A stretch of DNA of 35,266 bases from a virus (taxonomy: Duplodnaviria > Caudoviricetes). The notes beneath the pieces are model-generated. The model had not been told where the DNA came from. It saw only the letters and a program-made list of their open reading frames with translations, and did no database searches. Positions 17,221-25,564 of the stretch are shown piece after piece (position 1 is the stretch's first letter; each line of letters begins with the position of its first letter). Both the position numbers and the translations under genes were made by a program. The DNA is taken from IMG/VR virus record IMGVR_UViG_3300046170_000061, positions 1 through 35,266 of that record; one strand, written 5' to 3'.

Positions 17221-17722
17221 CAAAATCTCCTTCTGGTTCTTTTTCTTTTTCTCTATTCTGTAGAAATTTATTTTTAATTTTAGATCCTTCTGGCATCATA
17301 TCAATATTAGCTAACCAGATCTCTTTTGATTCTTCTGCAATTTTTCCTTTAATAGGGGGATAAACTCCAGACATCCATAGTGCATCAAACACTTGAGGAT
17401 CTTGAGCTAAGATAGCTACCGCTGGAACTTTAAGGTTCAAAGACATCATTTGCCTACTTAATTTTATTCTTACACAATTACTGTCTGAAACAGTTACGCC
17501 TGTACTAACACCTAGTATTTGTGTGGTAACAGATCCGCTATAAGCACTAACGCAGACATCACTATTAACTATGCTTATGCCTGGTGATATTGCAGACGGA
17601 GGAGCTTTATCTATTGTGTTTGATGAAACAGTGTTAGAAGATACAGTGTTAGTTTCAGCTTTTACATCTGTAATAGTCGCAACTGTTCCAAATAATAAAA
17701 GTATTGCTACTAAAAGTTTCAT
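17168..17722 (-). CDS. Exported protein with signal peptide and hydrophobic C-terminus
   Basis: MKLLVAILLLFGTVATITDVKA-E; PPSAISP..C...C.RIKLSR; ends FGLMALSLLLLF. Confidence 0.85.
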   Translation of the reverse strand: MKLLVAILLLFGTVATITDVKAETNTVSSNTVSSNTIDKAPPSAISPGISIVNSDVCVSAYSGSVTTQILGVSTGVTVSDSNCVRIKLSRQMMSLNLKVPAVAILAQDPQVFDALWMSGVYPPIKGKIAEESKEIWLANIDMMPEGSKIKNKFLQNREKEKEPEGDFDGLKNFGLMALSLLLLF

Positions 17723-17760
17723 TTACAGATACAGTCGTAACCTTCGCAACACTCACACAT
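17719..17760 (-). CDS. 13-aa Cys-rich micropeptide MCECCEGYDCICK
   Basis: Fills the intergenic gap exactly, with TAATG overlap upstream and ATGA overlap downstream. Confidence 0.65.
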   Translation of the reverse strand: MCECCEGYDCICK

Positions 17761-18113
17761 TATGGTTTAGGTATATCTGTTTTGACTGTAGCAATCGCAT
17801 CTTTCCAAGTAGTTGTACCATCTACAGCATCATGATACTGCATATCTAACTGGTCTTGGATTGACGGATAAGCATCTGCTCTATCTCTTTGATACTGCTT
17901 GTTGTCGTAATCAGTTTGTAACTCAGCTTTCTTTGACGATACTTGACTCCATGTAAAATCCTGTGTGTCTTTGTAAATAGCACTGCCATTTTCATCTGCA
18001 CCAAAGATATATTTTACATTGGCTTCGTACTCAGCTTGATTGCTAGGTTCACCATTGACTACTACTTGAGCATTTGCATCAAGAGCTTTGATTGCACTTA
18101 TTATATCTGTCAT
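17760..18113 (-). CDS. Tail-fibre-associated small protein (XkdW/assembly chaperone-like)
   Basis: YQRDR..AYPSI.DQLDMQYHD...W..AI..VK...PK motif; SD AAGGAG. Confidence 0.7.
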   Translation of the reverse strand: MTDIISAIKALDANAQVVVNGEPSNQAEYEANVKYIFGADENGSAIYKDTQDFTWSQVSSKKAELQTDYDNKQYQRDRADAYPSIQDQLDMQYHDAVDGTTTWKDAIATVKTDIPKP

Positions 18114-18135
18114 TGTTTTTCTCCTTTAATTTTCA

Positions 18136-18678
18136 TTATGCTAGTATCTCCATTATTGTTAGAGTTGAAGTACCTCTAGGGTGGCTTTCATTATCAGAAT
18201 CATCAGGAGACCTATTCAAATAAATAGTTACTCCTGCATTTTGAATACTCCATTGAACTTGATATGTAGTTGCTGAAGTAGTGTTTGGTGAATCTAAAAA
18301 ATTTGAACCCACTCCATCAATTCTGTTACCAGCTGATGAACCTCTTTGAAACATAACTTGTCTTCTACTCCCAGCACTATTTCCTTGTGTTACAACAGTT
18401 CCACCTCTTGTTATTCTATAGTTTGCACTTCCACTACTATGACCTCCACTAATATCAACAGTAATAAATATTTTACTATTTGTGGCTGTAGGAGTAATAG
18501 ATAAAGAAAGTCCAGAAATATCTAGATATGATGTTGATGATGAAGAAACTACATCTGTTTTTGTAACTGATAATACTTGACCAATCTTACCTGTATCAAT
18601 ACCACTAGGCAAAGAAGCTAGGTTAGGTAATGTAGTAACAGGAGCTACCGATTGATTGTTTAATTTAATAAGTGCCAT
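18136..18678 (-). CDS. Tail/receptor-binding paralog 4
   Basis: Start MALIKLNN at 18678 (TAATG); GKIGQV...ITPTATNSKI...DSPNTTS..MEILA domain. Confidence 0.75.
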   Translation of the reverse strand: MALIKLNNQSVAPVTTLPNLASLPSGIDTGKIGQVLSVTKTDVVSSSSTSYLDISGLSLSITPTATNSKIFITVDISGGHSSGSANYRITRGGTVVTQGNSAGSRRQVMFQRGSSAGNRIDGVGSNFLDSPNTTSATTYQVQWSIQNAGVTIYLNRSPDDSDNESHPRGTSTLTIMEILA

Positions 18679-19497
18679 TATGCTAGTACCTCCATCGCTA
18701 CAAAAACACAAGGTGCTGTAACATACACTGCACCACTTGTATGTTGTCTAATAGCTATTTTGTAATTGATTTGAGATGTTGTAGATGGTGAATCTAAGTA
18801 ATGCATAGAAATGGGATTACCTACATTTGCAACTTGATTATTTACTAATTCATCAGAGCCATTGACATTAGTAGAATCTCTATAAATTGTATAATAACCT
18901 CTACCATTCCCCACTTCTCCTGTAAAACATACACTTATATAAATTTTACTTGAAGTAGCTGTTGGAGTTATATTCAAACCATTACCTCCTGTTACAAAAG
19001 AAGTTCCTGTAGTAGAAAAACCTGATGTGTCATCTACCATAACTACTTGTGCAATCTTACCACCACCAATCGTAGCACTACCACCCTAGTGATACTGCAC
19101 TACCATTTAGTGTGATTGAACTGTTAGCTAACTTAGCATTAGCGATTGTTCCGTCTGTAATTTTTGCATTAGTAACAGCACTGTCAACAAGTTGAGAAGT
19201 TCCGACTGAACCACTACCTACTGTCGTTAAGGTGATTGCTCTTTCTGCAAGAATAAAATCTATAGAATCTGAAGCAGTTAATGCTGAATCAAATACAATC
19301 GTACTACCTGATACTGTGTAGCTTGACTGAGGTTTCTGAATAACACCATTTAAACTAACTGTTAAACTCTCTGCACTACTAGGTACATAAGCAACACTAT
19401 TTAATAATAGGTTATATGTAGCTGTGGCTGAAGTTGTAATATTATCTAAGACTGCTCTGTCTGATAAGTTTGATATATCTCTACCTATGTATGCCAT
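18678..19497 (-). CDS. Tail/receptor-binding paralog 3 (~272 aa), split by a 1-bp insertion at 19084-19086
   Basis: Removing one G restores SAVSLGGSAT, identical to the paralog at 20416..21210, and joins ORFs 19078..19497 and 18678..19040. Confidence 0.8.
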
Positions 19498-20123
19498 TAT
19501 GCTCCTACCTCCATAGCTATTATTTCTGAAGTTCCTCTTTCAAAGTCAGCAGTGTTAGAGTCATTAACAGTTCTATTAACATATAGCGTACCATTCTGAT
19601 TATTTTTTACTCCGATTTGATAAGTAACAGCAGAAGTTGTATTAGGCGAGTCCACTGTAAACATAGATTGAGTATCAGCAGTTGATGTTGAATCACTATC
19701 CATGTTTGTTTGGTTTGATGCCATACCTAAAAGTCTACTTCCTGAAGAAGGAGCTATATTAATTGCAGTACCACCTCTTAAAAAATAATAAACTTGGTTA
19801 ATAGCATTTTGACTATGTTCGTGAAATAACCTTGCAAATAAAAATATTTTAGAAGATGTTGCTGAAGGTGTAATAGATACACTAAGATTATTTACTGTAA
19901 TAGTTGTGTTAGCTGTACCTGATTGTGAAAAAGCAGAACTATAAAGAGTAGATTGTATTTGTAGTATTTTACCTCCACCACCACCAGCACCAGTAATTGT
20001 TCCAGTAAAGGCATAGTCAGCACTTAGGTCTAGTTTAGTATTACCTACTGCATCATCAGCAATTTTAGCTGTGCTAATAGCTGTGTCAGCAATACTGTTT
20101 GTTATAATTTTAGTTATAGCCAT
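19497..20123 (-). CDS. Tail/receptor-binding paralog 2
   Basis: TAKIADDAV repeats followed by GKILQI...ITPSATSSKI...DSPNTTS..MEVGA domain. Confidence 0.75.
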   Translation of the reverse strand: MAITKIITNSIADTAISTAKIADDAVGNTKLDLSADYAFTGTITGAGGGGGKILQIQSTLYSSAFSQSGTANTTITVNNLSVSITPSATSSKIFLFARLFHEHSQNAINQVYYFLRGGTAINIAPSSGSRLLGMASNQTNMDSDSTSTADTQSMFTVDSPNTTSAVTYQIGVKNNQNGTLYVNRTVNDSNTADFERGTSEIIAMEVGA

Positions 20124-20416
20124 TAGATCCCAAATGCCTCCTTAATTTCATCTACTGTTAATCCTAAGTCTTGGAGTTTTTGTTTAGCAGATGTTTTGTT
20201 GTTTTCTTTAGATGTGATTAGATTTGCTTCATACTCATTAGCTTGTGTTTCTAATGCGTTTAATTGTGTGTCAGTAGGTTTAGAAAAACTATATGTCCAT
20301 GTTTTAATATAATCACCATTATCATCACTATCATTTTGTAATAATACTTTTGTATTATCCCAAGTATCAGAGTTTTCTTCTATGTATAATTTTAGTTTTG
20401 TATATAAATTTGCCAT
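20123..20416 (-). CDS. Tail-associated small protein (XkdW-like)
   Basis: LQNDSD..GDYIKTW....KPT..QL motif; coupled on both sides. Confidence 0.7.
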   Translation of the reverse strand: MANLYTKLKLYIEENSDTWDNTKVLLQNDSDDNGDYIKTWTYSFSKPTDTQLNALETQANEYEANLITSKENNKTSAKQKLQDLGLTVDEIKEAFGI

Positions 20417-21210
20417 TATAATAATTTAAATCCTTGAAAAACTTTTGTTGTAAGAGATTGAGTTGAACCAGAGTTATGGTCACCATAAATTTCTATATAG
20501 TCACCAGCTACTAAAGGTACAAGTGCAGTTAAGTAAACTGCACCATAAGGAACAGTTCCACTTGAAAGAGCATTACCCCTAAATGCAGTATTTAACTCAC
20601 TACCATTTTTATAAATATATATGTTTAGAGTTTGAGAAAAATTACTTGCTCTAAATTTTGCATTAAATAAATAATTACCATCTTTACCACTCGGAACAGT
20701 AAATTTTGAATCAGCAAAGGCATTATCAGTATCTAGTAGTTCACTTGTAAATGTTAATTTTGTTGTGGTATTAGGTGACATAGTTTGATTTGAATCTAAA
20801 ATTGCAGTAAAAGCTGGAGTATTATTACCACCTACAGTAGCACTACCACCTAAAGAAACAGCAGAGCCATTTAAAGTAATAGATGAGTTAGCAAGTTTAG
20901 CATTAGCAATACTTCCAGCTAACATATCATTTGTTACGGAAGATAATGCTGGTGCTACAGTTTCTACTGCTCTACCTAAGAACACTGCATACATAGTGTC
21001 TGAACCAGTAATTGCAGATGATAGGGTTAGTGTTGTGCCTGATACTGTATAAGCATCATTCGGATTTTGCCTCACATTATTAATGAACAAAGCTAGATCT
21101 TGGGGATTTGTTACTGCATAATCTAGTATATAGGTGTCAGTGGCAGAAGTTGTGAAACTCTGTTTTTGTAGAGTTTGATATTTATCTGCTGGTGTATTTC
21201 CAATATACAT
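20416..21210 (-). CDS. Tail/receptor-binding paralog 1 with a C1q-like C-terminal domain
   Basis: Start MYIGNTP at 21210; PAF.A...F..E..DTD.AF...FTVP...G.Y.F...L.AGDYIE..FQGFKL. Confidence 0.75.
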   Translation of the reverse strand: MYIGNTPADKYQTLQKQSFTTSATDTYILDYAVTNPQDLALFINNVRQNPNDAYTVSGTTLTLSSAITGSDTMYAVFLGRAVETVAPALSSVTNDMLAGSIANAKLANSSITLNGSAVSLGGSATVGGNNTPAFTAILDSNQTMSPNTTTKLTFTSELLDTDNAFADSKFTVPSGKDGNYLFNAKFRASNFSQTLNIYIYKNGSELNTAFRGNALSSGTVPYGAVYLTALVPLVAGDYIEIYGDHNSGSTQSLTTKVFQGFKLL

Positions 21211-21212
21211 TT

Positions 21213-21536
21213 TTAAGTGCTGATATCGTCTACTGCGGAAACCCAACAATCAACTGATGAAGCTGTATCAGATTGAACTTTTAATGCATCTCCAGATTCA
21301 ACAACAAGTTTTCCTGTTCCTAATACTTGTAACGCACCACCTACTGGTAAAGGTGCATTCTTTACAAGATAAATATCATTTGTTCCATCATTAACATATA
21401 CGTCTACATTAACAGCAGCTGTATGAATATTAGTTACATGAATACCTACATAAGTATCAAAACTATTGGCTGTAGCTATAGTGACTGGTGATGTTCCAAT
21501 GTCATTTCCTGTGTATCTTCTAAAATTTTGTGCCAT
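21213..21536 (-). CDS. Small beta-rich structural protein downstream of the tail fibre
   Basis: SD AGGAG; YLVKNAPLPVGGAL...KLVVESGD.LKV.SD. Confidence 0.7.
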   Translation of the reverse strand: MAQNFRRYTGNDIGTSPVTIATANSFDTYVGIHVTNIHTAAVNVDVYVNDGTNDIYLVKNAPLPVGGALQVLGTGKLVVESGDALKVQSDTASSVDCWVSAVDDIST

Positions 21537-21548
21537 ATATTACTCCTA

Positions 21549-22949
21549 TCATAAAGCCACTCCCATGGCTATTGAAAATCCTTTCGTTGCAAAATTACTG
21601 GTATCAGTAGACTCAATATTATTCCAGGCAGAACCATCATAATATTTAAGTACATTAGTTGTAGTATTAAAGTATAAATCACCAGCGTTCAAGGCATCTC
21701 CATCGTTATCTACTGTAGGATCAGATGCTTTAGCTCCCAGGTAAGTATCATCAAAATTATCAGCAGCGGCTTCAGCAGCGGCTTGAGCTGTCTGAGCTGC
21801 GGTGGCTGAGTTAGCTGCATTGGTTGCCTGAGTTGTTGCTGTACTAGCTGAAGAAGAAGCGTTAGTAGCTGATGTACTTGCTGCGGTAGCCTGGTTAGTA
21901 GCTGTTGTAGCTGATCCAGCGGCTGATGTAGCAGAACTAGCAGCGTTTGTTTCACTGGTTGATGCAGCACTAGCACTATTCGCAGAAGAAGTAGCACTTG
22001 ATGCAGAGGCAGTAGCACTGTTACTAGCGTTAGTAGCTTGGGTAGAAGCTGTAGTTGCACTGGATGCAGCGTTAGTTTCTGAATTTTCAGCATTTGTTTC
22101 AGCTGTTTCGGCAGCTGTCTTAGCAGTTTCAGCAGCTGTTTGAGCTGTTTCTGCTGCTGTTTGAGCTGTCTGTGCGTCTGTTGCAGATGATGCAGAAGAT
22201 GTTGCACTATTGGCAGAAGCTGTTGCAGAAGCGGCAGCGGCAGTTGCGGAGGAAGCGGCTGCATTTGCGGAGGTCGTAGCCGAAGCCGCATCTACTATCA
22301 GATCCCACTTAGCTGAGTCTGAATTGGTTGTCAATGGCTCTATACCAGAAGATGTATGAGCTGCATTACAGAAGAAAATATTATTGGTTGAGGTGTCTTT
22401 AACAAGATCTCTAACAGCATAAGATGTAGAAGCAGACCAATCACCTCTATATCTACCTAGTTCCTGGGTAACAGATATTTCACCAGATGAATCAAAAGCT
22501 AATACCTTATTAGCTCTTTCTGTAGCTCCTACTGTAAAATCAGTAGAAGTCATAGTATTTGTTCTTGAAATCTTTATGGAACGATCAACAGCTTCTTGTA
22601 GTTCTTGGCTAACAAGCATCGCTTTATCGAGAGCTGCTTCGTGTGTTTCTGCGGGGAATGGATCATTCGCAACATAATCAGTGTCTTGTACCTGGGAAGT
22701 CTTTCTTCTAATAACTAAGGTTTCTCCAGTAGCTGGAGCTGTTACCATAGTTACAGTGCCACCTGAGTTGCTTTGTACGCCAGTTACTGTGTAATCTGTT
22801 GTTATTGTCTGTAGTGTTTCTGTACCATTAGAAGCTCTGATGAAAACTTCAAGATCATCTTCCGCTATAATGTAATAACTAAAGGTGAATGCTGTGGTTG
22901 AACCATTACCAGCATAAGAATTTTTGATTGTTGTACTAGATATTGTCAT
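21549..22949 (-). CDS. Tail fibre protein (T7 gp17-like N-terminus, Ala/Ser/Thr-rich stalk)
   Basis: YAGNGSTTAFTF...FPAETHEAALDK N-terminal domain; RGDWSASTSY CBM-like segment; low-complexity stalk; GDLYFNTT. Confidence 0.9.
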   Translation of the reverse strand: MTISSTTIKNSYAGNGSTTAFTFSYYIIAEDDLEVFIRASNGTETLQTITTDYTVTGVQSNSGGTVTMVTAPATGETLVIRRKTSQVQDTDYVANDPFPAETHEAALDKAMLVSQELQEAVDRSIKISRTNTMTSTDFTVGATERANKVLAFDSSGEISVTQELGRYRGDWSASTSYAVRDLVKDTSTNNIFFCNAAHTSSGIEPLTTNSDSAKWDLIVDAASATTSANAAASSATAAAASATASANSATSSASSATDAQTAQTAAETAQTAAETAKTAAETAETNAENSETNAASSATTASTQATNASNSATASASSATSSANSASAASTSETNAASSATSAAGSATTATNQATAASTSATNASSSASTATTQATNAANSATAAQTAQAAAEAAADNFDDTYLGAKASDPTVDNDGDALNAGDLYFNTTTNVLKYYDGSAWNNIESTDTSNFATKGFSIAMGVAL

Positions 22950-23002
22950 AATTTATGCTTACTTACTCCTTATAATATATCACATTAATTGTCCATACAT
23001 AA

Positions 23003-25564
23003 TTAAAACTCTGGAGGTCTGCTTGGAAACTTCCTACCAGGCTTCCACCAAAATTTAGTCTTTTGCTCTCTATTAACTTTTTTATTCAATCTTTTTCTTT
23101 TTTCTGCATATTTAGGATCTATCCATTCCGACAGATTATCGAATAACCATCTTTCTAAAGCTAATCTTGCGTACCAAATAGAACCACCAGGGGTATTTTT
23201 TTTTATAAATTCTGAAATTTGACCTCCAACATTAGGATCTTTGCCTTCTAATTTTTTAGAAGCAACACCAAATGTCATCTCTATTATCTGAGCTAAGAAT
23301 AAAGGAACAGAACCAGCTAATGCAGCTACAGAACTTGCAGTACCATACCTACCAGAAAAAAGAATATCTCCTATTAACCCAAATCCACCACCATGTAATA
23401 CAGCGTTTAAAGTATATTTACCCACATCACCCTTATTCATTTTGTCAAAATTTGTAATATCTTTCCCTTTTGTTATTTGTTTTAATTCATAGGTTAAAGC
23501 ACCAACAGCTGATGTTCCAACAATAAAAGGAATCAAATATCCTAACTTACCACCTAAAGTTTTTTTACCCCAACCTTTAGTAATGTGAGTCAAATGAATA
23601 GCAAAAGGAAATGACTTAAATTGTAAAAAATTATTAGCTATTTCTCCAGGTATTGTTCCAGGTTTTGTCTGTTGTTTAATAGCAATAGCACCAGCGGCTT
23701 TTGCATTTGGAATTGAAAAATCTATAACATAGTTCATGCTTCTTTGAATTTTTGCTTGAACATCACTTAATACTCTTTCTGGGTAATCTGTTCTTTTTAA
23801 AATATCTATTGGTTTTAAAAATAAAGCACCTTTATATTTTGGATCATCTATACCAGCATCGTATAATTTTGTAGACCTAATAATATCCCAATCAGATTTA
23901 GTGATATTATGAATATTTAATAAATTAAAAAAGTCTGGATCTTTTATTTTTAAATCTTCAAAAGAATTGCCAACTTCTCTTGCTAAATATGCCATAAATT
24001 CCATACCAACACCCCATCTACCAGCTTGAGTAAACCAAGACAAACCAGATGATCTTAAAACAAAATCAGCAACTCTCCTTGTAATTTCTGGGGAATCCAT
24101 TTCTTCTAAAGAAATTCTAGAGATACCACTAGCAACATTAGGAAAATGATCTGCTATCATACCACTCGTTAAAGCTACTTTTATCATAGTGCTTTTATCT
24201 TTATTTAATCCTTCTTTAACAAACATTTTCAAACTTCTATTCATAGATTTTAAAGCTGGTAATCCATTAGTTTTTGATGTTAGTGCTGTTGTTAAAAAAT
24301 CGTTTATAGACAGAACAAAAGCTGATCCTAAATACATACCCGTAGTTAATTGTCTTAAACCAGCAAAACCTCTAGCCATCCAAACTGTAACTGGATCAAA
24401 AGAATCACCAGAATGATAAGACAAAGAACTTTCAGCTGTATATATGTCGCTTTCCAATTTTTTTTCTAATCTGTCAAATAATTTAGGATCTTTAATATTA
24501 GAAGTTTTTAATTCTTTTTTGGCAGTTTGTTTCATCCAATTTAAAAAATTTTTTGGATTAGGGGATAAGACTCTCATTAAAGCAATATCTTTTGCCATAG
24601 CGGTTAAATGATTAATCATAACATCAAAAGCATTTGACGTTGTACCAAATCTTTTATGATAAATTAACCAGGAATCAAAATCTTTAAATTCTAAAAATCT
24701 ATGATCCATTCTTCTGTTTCCTATATTAGATGAAAAATTATGATTTGAATTTTTGTTATAACCTTCTGATTTTATTGTTTCATAAACATCTCTTAATGTT
24801 AATTCTAACTGTTCTTCGGTAAAAGGTTTCCCAGTTTTATGGTCAATCATATTTTCTAAATCTAATAATTTGTTATCTTCTAATAAAAATTTTTTCCACC
24901 CATCATATTCAGCTTCTCTTATTGTGCTAGAATTATGTCTTGTAGGTAGTCCATACACGCCATTCTTTTTTTTAGGAATAGATCCTCCAGCATCATTGAA
25001 TAATTTTCTACCAAGCTCATGAGCGGCATTCCAACCAACAGCCATTTCTTCCGCTGCTTTATTCCCAGTGCTTCCTAAATTAAATATCTCTCTACCCATA
25101 GTAAGAAGTGTCGCTTTGTTTCTGTTTTGTCCTAATAAATTATGTCTAAAAGTTACCAAAGTTTTTTCCATTTCAGAAAATAACAAGGCTTTGACAATTG
25201 GCACTTCTTCTTCTACAGAAGCAATTCTTTTGACACCTTCTGCATTTTCAGTCCAATTAAATTTCTGTTTAATAACAGAACCATAATCTATTTCACCTTT
25301 AGCATTTTTAAAGGTTCTCATTTGCTGAATAAATTCTTCTTGTAACTTGGATGTTAATAATGCCTGTTTTGCTTTGATAGATGCTCTATATCTCAAATTA
25401 TCAAAGGTATCTCTACCAGCCATTTTATCCGCTTGTTGTTCAGTAAAGCCTTTTTTTATAAAAGATTCTTTTATAGCTTTGTAATCTAATTCTAGTTCAG
25501 TTTGTTTTGCATTATTAATAAGATTTGCATCTGCTGCTTTTTTTATACATTCTAATAAGCTCAT
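23003..25564 (-). CDS. Large internal virion (ejection) protein
   Basis: 853 aa; QFKSFP motif and Gly-rich hydrophobic segments; last core gene before the tail fibre. Confidence 0.75.
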   Translation of the reverse strand: MSLLECIKKAADANLINNAKQTELELDYKAIKESFIKKGFTEQQADKMAGRDTFDNLRYRASIKAKQALLTSKLQEEFIQQMRTFKNAKGEIDYGSVIKQKFNWTENAEGVKRIASVEEEVPIVKALLFSEMEKTLVTFRHNLLGQNRNKATLLTMGREIFNLGSTGNKAAEEMAVGWNAAHELGRKLFNDAGGSIPKKKNGVYGLPTRHNSSTIREAEYDGWKKFLLEDNKLLDLENMIDHKTGKPFTEEQLELTLRDVYETIKSEGYNKNSNHNFSSNIGNRRMDHRFLEFKDFDSWLIYHKRFGTTSNAFDVMINHLTAMAKDIALMRVLSPNPKNFLNWMKQTAKKELKTSNIKDPKLFDRLEKKLESDIYTAESSLSYHSGDSFDPVTVWMARGFAGLRQLTTGMYLGSAFVLSINDFLTTALTSKTNGLPALKSMNRSLKMFVKEGLNKDKSTMIKVALTSGMIADHFPNVASGISRISLEEMDSPEITRRVADFVLRSSGLSWFTQAGRWGVGMEFMAYLAREVGNSFEDLKIKDPDFFNLLNIHNITKSDWDIIRSTKLYDAGIDDPKYKGALFLKPIDILKRTDYPERVLSDVQAKIQRSMNYVIDFSIPNAKAAGAIAIKQQTKPGTIPGEIANNFLQFKSFPFAIHLTHITKGWGKKTLGGKLGYLIPFIVGTSAVGALTYELKQITKGKDITNFDKMNKGDVGKYTLNAVLHGGGFGLIGDILFSGRYGTASSVAALAGSVPLFLAQIIEMTFGVASKKLEGKDPNVGGQISEFIKKNTPGGSIWYARLALERWLFDNLSEWIDPKYAEKRKRLNKKVNREQKTKFWWKPGRKFPSRPPEF

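Noticed and set aside
654-19497. Treating the three split genes as pseudogenes of a decaying prophage
   Set aside because: Both halves of each gene are intact, there are no other decay signs, no host flanks and no integrase; a single-base sequencing error is simpler
17760-21210. Diversity-generating retroelement acting on the tail paralogs
   Set aside because: No reverse transcriptase, and no near-identical TR/VR pair with adenine-specific differences
21770-22290. GCT/GCA-rich quasi-repeats as a possible CRISPR or tandem array
   Set aside because: These are coding repeats with no constant repeat and unique spacer structure
21710-22291. 193-aa Leu/Gln/Pro-rich alternative-frame ORF
   Set aside because: Shadow of the Ala/Ser/Thr low-complexity stalk of the tail fibre; no SD and no independent features
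22950-23002. 6-codon ORF (MYGQLM) and a possible promoter before the tail fibre gene
   Set aside because: Not coupled to its neighbours; -35/-10 spacing is unconvincing
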